64,000 bases of DNA, taken from Vermamoeba vermiformis. Lineage: Eukaryota. The translations under genes were made by a program, and so were the position numbers. The notes under the pieces were generated by a model. That model saw only the letters and a list, made by a program, of their open reading frames with translations. It was not told the origin of the DNA and made no database searches. The DNA is taken from contig JBEWZL010000166.1 of NCBI GenBank assembly GCA_045837725.1, positions 248,001-312,000 of the forward strand, written 5' to 3'. Shown here in pieces: positions 1 to 13,165 of this stretch (the stretch's first letter is position 1; every line of letters starts with the position of its first letter).

Positions 1-1903
1 CAATCATCGCGCGGCCGAGGTGCCAATAATACACAGAGTACTAATGCACCTGCTGCTGGCAAGAAATTGAAGAACATTTCAGATTTCAACAGTGCTCGAT
101 CAGACACCAAAGCAGCAGCGGAGAAGCAAGAAGAGCTCACGAGCACCACTGTCCCCAGCGAGGACGCAGCAGACGACAGCGATGCCGTGTACTGCTTGAC
201 GTGCTGCGAGCCCATTGCCTTCTTCGCACTCGGACCGTGCAATCACCGCGATCTGTGCGACAAGTGCTCGCTGCGCATGCGCGAGTGCTACAAGGACAAC
301 ACGTGTCCGCTGTGCAAGAACGCGATTGAACAGGTGCTGTACACGCGCGACACGAGCAAGAAGTACGAGGAGTACGATGTGAAGCAGATGTGGTACGACG
401 ACCTGTTGAAGGCGTACTTTGAAGACGAGGCACACTACACCAAGACACTGACGCTGTGGGACTTTGTGTGTCCCGTGTGTCGCGAGCACAAGAGCAAGTT
501 CAACGGCCTGTTCGCGCTGCAGAAGCACATCAAGAGCGCGCACGAGCTGTACTACTGCGAGGTGTGTTTGAAGTACCGCAAAGTGTTCCTGCACGAACAG
601 AAGCTCTATTCCAAGCAAGAGCTGCCCAAGCACAAGCGCGAGGGTGACAGCGAACTCAAGCTCAAGCCGCACTCGTGGTGCGAGTACTGCAAGCAATATC
701 TGTTCGGCGAGGACGAGCTGTTCTACCACTGTCACGACAAGCACGAGACGTGTTTCTTGTGCGAGGGCAAGGGCATTCGCTGGCAGTACTTCCGCAACTA
801 CGATCACCTCGAGCGACACTTTGACGCGCGGCACCACCTCTGTCACGATCAGGAGTGTCTCGCGCGCAAATTCGTGGTGTTCGACTCGCCGATTGAACTG
901 CAGGCCCATCGCATCAGCGTGCACGGCAAGCAGATGAGCAAGCAGGAGCTGTTGCAGGCCAAGACACTGCAGGTCAATTGGAATGCCGGCACGAACACCA
1001 ATCAGAGCTCCGGGGCCAGTGCCGACGAGGGCTACGTGATGCACTTGAAGTTCGATGTCGGGGATGGTGCGCCGTCACCGAATGCCATCAAGTCCGCACT
1101 CGCCAGCAACGAGGCACCCAACAACAACAACAACAATAACAATAATAATAGTGACGGCAATGTGGCTGCCAATCTGTCGCGTGATGAGATTGCCAAGTAA
1201 GTACATACGAGCCATATATCACTGACACTCGATTGACACGTGTCACAGACGCAACAAGGCCGTCATCTCCGCCATGAAAGCCTATTTAGGCAATGAGGCC
1301 AAATTCACGCAGTTCCGCAATGTTTCGGCGCAGTTCCGACAGCGTCAACTGAGCACCGATCAGTACTGGCAAGAATTCATTTCCATATTTGGCAAAGACC
1401 CAACCGGCCTCGATCTCTTTGAAGCCCTGACTGAACTGTTGCCCGACACTGACGCAGACCTCCGTGCGACACTTTTGACACTTGTCGCGACTGCTCGTCT
1501 CGACCAGGGCCCGTCACGTGTGGACTCGCGCCAATTTCCTTCTTTGGCAGGCAATGCACGTGACGCACAACAAGTCTCGCTGTCAGCTAATTATAGCACA
1601 CTGCTGCGTCCCTCGGCACCCCCCTCGCGCGAAGAATTCCCCGCCCTGGCCCCGTCCCGTGCAGCGAGTGCCAGCACACGTGGCAGTGCCCTGCACCAAC
1701 ACCAGTACTTCCAGCAACACCCCTCGCTGCTGCCCAACTTCTACGCGCCCAGGAGTGCTGGCAACGCACCGAACTCTGCCGCGCAGCAATCCAACAATAA
1801 TCCCGCTGGCACCAATGCCGCGGTGAATAATCCCGCTCCAGCCAATCAGCAGCAAGGTGGCAAGAAGAAGAAGAAACAAGTGCAAGTGCTCAGCTGGGGA
1901 TAG
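1..1903 (+). CDS. ZNF598: ZNF598/Hel2-like RING E3 ubiquitin ligase (ribosome quality control), 5'-truncated by the window edge
   Basis: Frame is open from base 1. RING (CLTC...CNHRDLCDKC...CPLC) is followed by C2H2 fingers (CPVC..H..H, CEVC, HSWCEYC, HHLCHDQEC). GT-AG intron 1197-1248 joins in frame to the 1274-1903 ORF, which has FPSL/FPAL motifs and a basic C-terminus. Confidence 0.92.
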
Positions 1904-2196
1904 GACTGCTGCACATGGCATTGTAATATAGTAAATCTCGTCCTATCGATCTGTAGTGCTGCTGTTCGATCACGTGATTGGCTTGAGAGTCCAAATATGG
2001 TCATGTCACGTGTCCGTGAGAAATCTATTTTCCGCCTGGCCAGTGACACGATTATCTGTTTGTTATTCCCTTGTACATAGTGAGAGCACCGTCCTTGCGA
2101 CTCAAGTAGTAGTCTTGCGTCAAGTGTAGTTCAGTGAATCAGATCTGTGACGTCATCACGCAATAATTGAAAGAGGCTGAGTGCAGATCGAGCAAA

Positions 2197-3935
2197 ATGA
2201 TTTGGGAGACAATACGAACCATATACCCCTTTGATTTATTTATGGTGCTGCTGATGGTGTGGGCTACGGTACGTCATTATTAATAATAAAATAATTCAAA
2301 TAATTGTCAAAAAATATCAAAATAAATGTTCGCTGAATGCACCGCACAGATACAACTCGCAGGGCTGTTCCCCTCGCTGCAGTACTGGCCTGCACTGCGC
2401 GTGACGTACATTCTGCCACCGCTGCCCGAAGACACGGCACATCTGACGGACAAGCCAGGCAAGAAGAGCGACACTAGCAAGTCGAAGGACTCGATGGTGG
2501 TGCGGTACGGCAAGGTGAGTGCCATTGCCTTATTTGGTCACTGCAGACCCGCTCACCGTTGACAGATCACAGCGTACGAATTGACACGCGTGGACAAGGG
2601 CGGACTGTTCGGACTGATCTTCACGGGCAAGTCACTTACCAAATATGGCAATGAACCGTACTGACCAGCTCTCTAGTCACGCAGGGTCTATTTTTAGGTT
2701 TGGCGTTTGTGTGGGCATTGCACCAACTGCCCGAGCCCTTCAGATTACTCCGCTCTGCTGTCACACCCGTGCTCGTGGTGGCAGCTGTCACGTGCTTGTA
2801 CGTGCTGGCATCCATTGCACTGCTCGGCGACTCCACCACCTCCTACAAGTGGCAGCTGAGTGCTATTTTTGGCATTGTGTTTGGCAGTCTAGCCTTTGCA
2901 TTTCTGCTCGAGAACACCGACGAGCTGTTAGATATTCCGCTCTACCAGGGCCTCGATGAGGAGTTCACGCGGAGATTCAATCTCCCACTGTTGCCGGGCG
3001 AAGATGACGATGACACCACCATGTTTGACAGACGTCAATCCTTGACACGTGTCATTCTCGCACTCGTGACAGGTCTGCTGGCATTTTGTCACTTCTTCAC
3101 CTCTGTGCGCCGTGCTGTGCATCACCATCGATTGGTGCACTCGGAATTTCACGGAAAGTTCTTCAAGTACGTTCTTGTCTTACCTTTCCAAGTGACACGC
3201 ACTGACAGGTGTCAAACAGAGGTCTCGAATATCTCTATCTCGCCCTGGTGCCACTGCTCATCGTGCTCTGGTTCCGTGCGCCGACTGAATTCATCACGGA
3301 GTCTTTGCACTTGTAAGTCACTTGCCTAATTTGGAAATACTCGTGCTCAATCCCTCTGCAGGGACAGGACAGTAGATGACACGTGTCATGCGTGGCTCAG
3401 CAGCAGCAAGCTCGGCATGGTGCTGTGTCGCACGATCACGTGGACAGGACTCGGCGCACGTGACTTGTACCACACGGTGCGGTGGTGGGTGCAGGGCAGT
3501 GTGGTGGCACTGGCGTGGCTGTTGTTCCGCCCCCTGCTCAGCGCGTACACTCATCGCGTGGCAGCCGTGATGCGCGGGCTGTTGCTGGTGCATCAGCTGT
3601 ACGGTGCTAAAAATAGCAGCTCGGTGCACACGCTGATGCAACAAGAGGCGCTGAGTGTGATGAAGGGTCTGGGCGTGGTGTGCGTGGAGCTCAGTGCGCT
3701 GCCACTGCTGCTGACGTGGCACTGGCACTATGCCGGACACTGGCTGGTCGACTATCTCGCCGTGATCTCGCTGCTGGCACACTGGGTGACACTGCTGCTG
3801 ACCTTCATCACGCTGGCACTCAGCGACACCGATGCCACCAGACCTGCCTTTTTTGACACGTTGCTCGCGTGGTGGGATCGGCGCAGTGCCACCACTCCGC
3901 GCAACAACAAGAAACTCCGCAGCAAAAAGAAGTAG
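2197..3935 (+). CDS. TMEM161-family multi-pass membrane protein
   Basis: Six exons splice in frame, including a probable GC-AG intron at 2627-2676. Many hydrophobic helices. Segments LTRVILALVTGLLAFCHFFTSVRRAVHH and VRWWVQGSVVALAWLLFRPLLSAY resemble TMEM161 (recognised from memory). Confidence 0.6.
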
Positions 3936-3996
3936 TGATGTTGTGCACTAAATTTAGTAAATAACGCAATCTTTGTACAAATAAGGCAAGAGCTAA

Positions 3997-5082
<1,086 letters not shown>

Positions 5083-5107
5083 TCACCATTTGTTGCAGCC
5101 CTGGCCA

Positions 5108-7701
5108 ATGAACAGCACAATTGCGTACCGCGACAGTACACAGCACAGCGAAGACGATGCAGCACATGTCTCGAAGAGGGCGCGACATCACTTTCACTAC
5201 GAGCCACTGACTGGCGAGCAGATCGAGCAGCTGAAACGTCGCTTGAATGCGCTGCTGTTCGTGCCGCACGGTGAGATCGATGACACGCGCTACGAGAAGC
5301 TGTATTCACTGCTATTGCGGTACATTCAGAGCGGCGAGGTCGTGTTGAAGCAGTTCATTCAAGTCGGTGGGATCGAGATTGTTTGTGTGAGTAATAATAA
5401 TATTGCAATAATTTATCGATTAAACACCGCAAATTAATATATTACTAAATGCGGCACTAATGTCTGAAATGATGTAACTAAATGTTCGAACCAGCAAGCA
5501 GCGCGTCATCAACACCTCGAGCTGCAAGCAGTGGCCATTCGACTCGTGGGGGCTGTGGGTGCCACCATGTTCATGAACGATTGGCCCACGTGTCTGCACG
5601 TCACACTCGCAGAATTGAGTGCCACCACACCGGGCGAACCACTCGTGCTCGATGCGGTGCTGCGCGCTTGGACTAGCTTGGCTGCAAATGATGCAATCAC
5701 GTGGTCTGAAGAGCGATCACGTGACTTGGTGGCACTCGTGTCACACGCTTGGCAACACGCGAGTCACTTTGTAAGTGTCACGTGTCACTCAGCACAGCTT
5801 TTGACACTCGATGTAGGTGGCCAGCAGCGCCGTCAAATTGTTGCACAGACTCATCGTTCATGAACGAGTTGTTCCGCAGCATGTCGTGGATGAAATCAAA
5901 ACTCAAGTCACGTGGCAGTGCCAACACACGAGCGGAGATTTCAAGTTGATTGGTGCAATCCTCGATCTGTTTGCAGCCCTGGTAGATCACGCGCAGGGCT
6001 GTGTGCTATTGTCACGTGATCGCTTGTTGTGTGACACAGTGACACGTGTCATCGCGTGTCAAGAACTGTTCAATGACACGCACATCAACACGCGGCTGTT
6101 AGAGCTGATCGATGCGGTGACACGTTTCAATCAGCATGCCTTATTTGGTAATGACAGCAGTGATGTCTCCAACACAGACCAATGTAAGTGTCAAACTGTC
6201 ACCTTGTCTGTCAACTCACGTGTCATACACAGTTGTAATGTGGCTGGAGCCAATTTTAGCACCACTTAACGACTCATCACGTGACATTCGCTCAAAAGAA
6301 TTCGAATTCGCCGTGCGATTGCTATCACACGTCAATTTCCCTGCAAACACTCGCGCTGGGCAGTGGCACGTGCAACAGTGTCGGCGGTGTTACAGTCACG
6401 TGACCACTGACCACCACTGGACCTTCCTAATTTGTAGTAATCTGCTTCATCACGTGCGCAAGGACCAGCTGCATTTGATCGAGGTACGCAAATGACACCT
6501 GTCACGCAGCGTTCACTAACCGTTCGCAGAGTACTGAACTCTGGGAACAACTCCACAGCTACCTCACTGATCACGTGATTGAAAGTCAGTCACGTGCACT
6601 GCGACTGATCGAGAAGAACAAGCGAATGATATTGCAACTAATCAGCTTGCTGGCACAGAAGCCAAATATAGACATGTCCACTCACGTCACCGCTGTGCTG
6701 ACGTATTTGACAGGCCAATCACGTGACAGTGTGACACTACCCACACAAGTGACACTGGTCTGCAATTCAGTGCAGTGTCTGACACAATTGATGTCTCGCA
6801 AAGTACTCGATGTGACAGGTGTCACTGTGAAGACGTTGACTGACACGTGTCAACTGGGATTGTTGCACCGAACGTGGGAAATTCGTGAAACATTTCTGCG
6901 ATTCATAGCGGCACTCCTGATGCAGAATCACGTGACTTGCCTTTCACTGAAACACGTGATTGTTGATAAGTTACACGATCCAGAGCCATTTGTAGGAGTG
7001 GCCGCACTGGAGGTATTTAAAGGTCTGACACGTGATCAGTGGCGTGAGTGGAGTGAGCACGTGATCACTGCACTGCCCGCATGTCTCAATCACGAGGACT
7101 CCGTGGTGCGAGTGTAAGTTTGACACGCCGTGACACTAGAACACAACTGACCAATCATTTAGCGCCACGTGGCACGTGATGACATCGTGGCACCAATCAG
7201 GAGCGAGTGCACTGCTCTTAGAGCGCTGTCGTGCGGATCACGTCTTGTCACTGCAACAGCACGTGACAGCAGCGTGTCAAGACGAGGACTGGGAGGTGCG
7301 TCAATCAGCCCTCGAATGGTGTCAGGCACTGGTCGCGCACGGTGAGTGGCAGGCAGTGTTTGACCTCGAGGCAGATGCAGTGCTGCAGCGCGCAGTAAGT
7401 CCCAATCACATCACTATGCTCGCAGCACCTATATACTCAGCACGCGCCTCTACAGACCAGCGATCCCATCAGACTAGTGCGCTTGAGTGCCTACAGAGCA
7501 CTGCACGTCTTGTTCAAACAGCTGCAGACCACACCTCTCGCACGAGCGCACATGTTGTTGCAAGAGCTGCGCGAGACAGACTGGGCCCGCGTCATGTCCG
7601 ATCAAGAGCCGCATGCAGTGTATCATGAGGACGACGATGTGTTCCCCCTCGAGCCAGATCTGACCACACACGACACGAATCCACTCGATTGTCCGTTCTA
7701 G
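5108..7701 (+). CDS. BRAT1-like ARM/HEAT-repeat protein
   Basis: Exons splice in frame. HEAT-type motifs (WEIRETFL, DPEPFV, HEDSVVRV, DEDWEVRQSALE). Acidic C-terminal tail ending LDCPF is reminiscent of the BRAT1 terminal DCY. Confidence 0.65.
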
Positions 7702-7839
7702 TGTCGCTGAGTGTAGCTGCTGAGTGTAAATAGTTCATGTACAAGCTGCAACTTTATTATATAATTTTTTACATTGTAGTCACGCGACTCACAAGCAGCT
7801 AATGACGGACAAGAGGTCCCTATTGATAGTAGTAGTGGT

Positions 7840-9240
7840 TTAATAGAAGCCTCTGCGACGGGTGTGACGGTCAAAAGTGATGTTGAACTTGTCAATCATT
7901 TCATTCATCGAGTTCGAGGTCTTGGTGATGCTCGCCAAGTACGTCACCAACAACGCGTCGTTGTATTCCTAGGGGCGGGGGGTGAGTTGAATAATCAACG
8001 ATAGCAATACAAGTTAATAGAGGACTTACCGACAAGAACTCGTTGTTGAAGTTGGCGGACTCAATGGCAGGCAAGAGATTGACCAGCGAGGAGAGACGGC
8101 GCAGCACTGACTGATCGGCGGGCAGTTTGCCAGCCTTGACGGCCTCGAGGTAGCTGACGATGCTCTTGATGCGAATGTTCAACATCTTGATCGCGTTGTG
8201 CATCGAGGACAAGTGACTGGTCACTGCGAGAATAGAAGAGTGACGGTGAGAATCATCGTGTGACACGTGTCAAACAGTGACTTACACATTGATTGACTGC
8301 CAGCACTGCCCACACGTGCCACGTGATCGACAGCAATGCGCTCAGCTTCACCAGTCTCGATCTTGTACTGCACTTTGGCGAATCTGCGGGGGGCAAGTGG
8401 TGAGTATAGTGCTCATATTAGTACTGATATTGAGTATTGTAAGCAATCATGGGTCAGATCTGGTACCTTAAAGTGGGTTCGTCCTTGATGACCTTCAATT
8501 CAGTTTCATAGACGACAATAGGGAGCTCTCGTCTGTCAGCAGAGGGCACTGGATCGAGCAACAAAAAGAGCGGGCTTTCGTTGTATTCCATCAACTACAA
8601 AGCAGATTGAACGTCAGATCAAGACTCAAACTGCAATGATAAATTGAAATTGTAGTAATTAGATATATATCACCAAATTTCGTTAATTGGTTTTGTTCGG
8701 CATGAAAAATAATTATGAATATTTTTCGGTATTTTTCTAAGGCTGTTAACAACGTACTTGTTTGTGGATGTCAAGGTCAGAGACTTGAGCCTCTTTGCCA
8801 GTTGAGTACCAACCCAAAAACTCCAAATCAGGGAAGACCTTTCGGACTGAGAAATAGGGGATGAGATTTAGAAAATTATTAAATTTAATAATCGCATTAT
8901 CCAAAGCGTTAATTTCAAGAAAAATTGCAGCAATAATACTAAGTAATTAATACTTACATTGTTCTTTCTTAGTCTTCAAATACTCAGTATCAATAATGAG
9001 TTGACCATTGACATCAGTGCAAATTAATTCAAACGAGTTGTATACGTGCACAATACGACCAGTCTGTTGTCCAAGCAATGCACCAAATATTCTGTGCTTA
9101 GCGGTCTTAGGATTGTTCACTCGTTCGCGAGTAAAGTGGTCTGAGATGTTGATGACCACCAAAGCGTGCAAGAAAACATCAACGGCTCCGCTGCCGCTTT
9201 CTTCAGTAATATTATTGTCTTTCTTGGCTGGTGTGCTCAT
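7840..9240 (-). CDS. COPS6: COP9 signalosome subunit 6 (MPN- domain)
   Basis: LHALVVINISDHFTR, GALLGQQTGR, FLGWYSTG, AIKMLNIRI, EYNDALLVTYLA. Five GT-AG introns. Confidence 0.95.
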
Positions 9241-9543
9241 TGTGCCTGTAATATTATTATTAATTTTAGTAATTCAAATATTTTTCTTGGTCTTGATGCA
9301 CAAAATTTCCAGTGGTGAGCTACAAGTTGCGCATTATTATTGGAATAGAATAATATAATACCTCTTGTTGTATTGATCGAATGCTGCGAATAAGAACTGT
9401 TCAAATTCAGCAGTTGCACTTTATCTCAACCAGGGCTCAGGACCTTACTAAGATCTGCTAATTTTTTTGTGGTGAAAAGAACGACTTTTACTATAATACA
9501 TATGTACATGAATGGCTGGATCAATATTATCAACTCTTTGTGC

Positions 9544-11145
9544 TCAACTACTTGCAGTGTAGATCTGGATTTGGCCTGAAATGTCCGCGACAGCAACGCT
9601 TGTGTCTAGAGCAGTTATCAGCACGACTACGCATTAATTCTATATTAATCAACACATACCATCGCGTGTGAGAGCCAGGGCAGTGATGGCGAACTCACTC
9701 GTCTTGTACTTGAGGGCTGGCAGTACACCACCTGACTGCGGATGCACATTCTCTTTGTCTTTGTACATGTCCCAAATGTGCTGTAGATAGTATGATTAGT
9801 GTTAATGCGATATGTTCGACAGCTATAACTCCTTACAATCTCTCCCGCAGCACTGCCAGCAAGCAGTTGGGTAGCCGCGTGATTGAAAGTGGGTGTGACG
9901 CGGTGGTGACTCTGTTCCAGGCCCGTGTAGCTCTTCACACCGCGCTGATCGTGCACATTCCACAGCTTGAAGGACTCGCGCGAGGACGTCACTACGAATA
10001 GCCCATCAGGGGTCACTTGTGCTGAGTAAGTGTTGTTCTGTTTCACGCATGGAGAGTTAGCCAAATAAGGCAATGTCACGTGACGCATACCGAGTGCAGA
10101 GTGAATGGCAGTTCGTACTGCTGCGTCTTCTTATTGTACACTTGACGCACGGCGCGCTGTTCAGTCGCTGCTGCACGCGTCTCCACACGCAGCAGGGGCG
10201 GATTGAGTTGTGGTGCTGAAATTTCATCGTCGCAACTCGTGTCCATTGCATCGAACTCGCTGAGCCAGCTCGAGGCCCAGCCAGTCGCGCGCGTGTCACG
10301 TGATGCAGCACGTGCTTGAACAGGCACATCGCCCCACACACGATCAGTCTCGTCCTCTGATGATAGATGTCAGTGATCAAGCACTTAAATTCAGTGAACG
10401 ACGTACCGGGCACGTGATTGTTGGCAGGGTCGAGTGCCATGAACTCTTGGTGACACTTGAGCATGCGCATGTCCCACAGACACATGTGCTCGTCGTGCGC
10501 AGTCAAGAAGTGGAACTGTTGTTCAGGCAAGAACTGCACACTGTGCGCGACACTAAGGGTCTCAAAGTGCCACAGCGCAGTGTTCTGTGCGTGGTGAAAC
10601 AGACGCAAAGTCTTGTCGAGACTGCACGACAGCGTCACGCCCCTCAGATTGGTGCTGCAGTGACTGACGTAGCTGTCGTGACCAACAAACTGTTGCAGTG
10701 TGGTGCCCTTGCATAGTGTCAATATTCGGACATTTGATGATTGCAACTTACGCGTTCAATGTCCCACATCCGCAAGCTCGTGTCATCGCTGCAAGACACC
10801 GCTTGGGTGTTCTTTGACACCAGTTCTAAACTGTTCATTTGGTTAAATAAGAGCTTGTATTACGTATATATCAACTGCTTACTAATTGATGCTCTTTTGA
10901 TGCCCTAACAATGATTTTGGAGCACGATCGGATCTGTTTTTTAAAGAATACACTAGTATTCTGCCCTTATCATCCGAAGCTATTATTGTGTTGTCGTTTA
11001 CGAATTTTACGTTCGTAATACCGCCTTTGTTTTGAAATACAATCGGTTCTTTGGAAAATATTCGATCCCAAGTTATCGTGCGCAGCGGCCAACTGCCCAA
11101 TTGATGGTTGTAATTGCTGAGTGCTCGCCTTGATAGTTTATTCAT
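9544..11145 (-). CDS. WD40-repeat protein
   Basis: Repeated GH...WD motifs (LLGHQKSIN, SCSDDTSLRMWD, FVGHDSYV, LWDMR, LWNV, IWD). Exons splice in frame to TGA at 9544. Confidence 0.85.
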
Positions 11146-11356
11146 CGCGACGAGTGGTCATTAATTTGTGTGCAGATATTTAAATCCCAATTGGTTTTTT
11201 TTGGCGCGATTATTTGGCGGGTCTCGATAAAGTGACACCCTGTTTATTTAGGGGGGAGATAACACTATAACAACAGATGGTTATAGACGCCACATTCATC
11301 CAAGCACTGCGCATCAACTCTCGAACTATACACAATTTATTCGCAAAGAATGTACA

Positions 11357-13096
11357 TTATTGTTGCTGTTGGTGCGGCGCAGGGTTCGTAAATACAAAGC
11401 TCTGATTGACATTGCCGCGCCCTCGTCCAGCAGGGGGCTGCATATTGGGCGGATAAGGTGCGTAGTAGTTGATGTGCGTCGGATACGGCACTGCATTGGG
11501 ACCATAGCCGGGCATTGGTGCGACGAACTGTGGTGCATAGGGTGCTGCAACATAGGACTGCGGCCAGGGTGCGGGGTAGGGCATGGGGTAGTAGGGCCCT
11601 GGCGGCTGTGGCACGTACGGAGGTGTCTGAGTGACAGGTGTCATAGGGGCACTCTCACCACTCATGTGTTTGGCTCGTTTGCGCGGTCGTTTCTTCTCGT
11701 CATTCGGCGCCGCGTGTTCGCCACTCTGTTGCGGCTTTTTCCGCTTGCTGAATAGTGAATGACGCGTGTCAAAACCGGGTCTGCACAGCCATTCAGTGAA
11801 TATACGTACCTCTTGGCCAATCGCTTGGCTTCAGCCTCTTTCTCGTCGTCCGAGAACTCGAGCTCGTCTTCAGGCACCTCCTCGTCGTGTTCATTCGAGG
11901 CGTCGTAGCCCTTGCTGTACACTTCGCGCCACGAGCTGAGCACTTTGCTGAACTTGCTCACGTAGTACACTTTGGTGCCCTTGGGTGGAGGTGGTCGTTT
12001 GACAGGTGCCACTTGACTGGGCTTTTTGAAGTTGTGTTCTTTTTTGACAGGCGTGTCATTTGCAGTACTTGGTGCGACTTCATTTGCAGGTGTCAAAGTG
12101 TCATCAGCAGTGACAGCACTCTCGTTGACAGCACTGGGAGTGACATGTTGCTCGGGCTGGTCACTGGTTGACATGTTGACAGTGCTGTCAGGCGCGGAAT
12201 TATTCTCGCCGTTCACTGAATCAAGTGTCTGAGGGGCCTCTGTTGCAGTCACGTGATTGCCAGCACTCTCGTTGGTAGGTGTCTCTTGTGCGGGTTCCTC
12301 TTTGACACGTGTCACGAGTGGTGTCATGCGCACAGAGTAGAGCGGATTGTCCACGCGTCCAAATGTCTCGTGCACCTGTCACGTGATCAGTGTCATCGTT
12401 CATGAACCAAGTCAGCGCGGTACTCACTCGACCCAGCACTGTGCGGTCCTCCAAACAGAGCACGGAGTCGATGTCGACAGTAGAGGTGTCCATAGTAGAG
12501 CGGATTACGATGAACTCGTCGACGTAGTGCGTCACTTCACCCAGCAGCGCGATCTGATCGTTGACATCGATTGACTCGTACACGGGCTCTTCTGGCGGTA
12601 GTTCCTGGCATCAACAACTTAATATTTATATAGATATAAATGCGCGTACCTTGAGCTCATTGGCGCTGCGAATAGGTTTGTTGTCAGCTGGATCTTCGTC
12701 CTCATCCAGATCGTGCATTTTTGATTTTTTATCTTCGAGACCCAAGTGCATTGAACTCGAGCTAGACTCGTCGTCACTATCATCTGATGTAGTACTGCTC
12801 GAGTCATCGTTTTTTTCTGAATTTTCTACAATTACTGCTGAATTTTTTTGTTCCTGATCACGATCCAACGTCTGATCCACCGATTCAATAGTGGTGTTTA
12901 CGATCGGATCGGCTACTTGTATATTGTTGGTGGGGTTTTGTTCGGTGGATTGAACAGGATCTGCGTCTAGCTTTACTTCCGCAGCATTCGTTGGCTCTGT
13001 TCTCGGCTGCGGATCCACTGCCTCAACAACAGTAGGCGGCACTATATTACTGCTGACACTACTAGAGTCAGTCGGTGCAGCACTCTGGTCCTCCAT
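11357..13096 (-). CDS. NAF1: H/ACA RNP assembly factor NAF1
   Basis: Gar1/Naf1 domain (DIDSVLCLEDRTVLGRVHETFGRVDNPLYSVR) and the NAF1 signature GYDASNEHDEEVPEDELEFSDDEKEAE. Ser/Asp-rich N-terminus and Pro/Tyr-rich C-terminus. Confidence 0.93.
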
Positions 13097-13165
13097 TCTC
13101 GCAGCTACTAATTGATTGATTTTTGTTTCGGAGAATTTCTGCGGCACCGAGCAACAGATGAACAC

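Noticed and set aside
100-1044. 314-aa antisense ORF over ZNF598 (and similar ones, e.g. 34944-35720 and 43297-43809)
   Set aside because: In-register antisense shadows of GC3-rich coding sequence; no recognisable domains.
1117-1150. (AAC/AAT)n microsatellite
   Set aside because: Ordinary poly-Asn coding tract.
9544-11145. WD40 gene as WDR73, partner of the nearby BRAT1-like gene
   Set aside because: No WDR73-specific features were recognised; proximity alone is not evidence.
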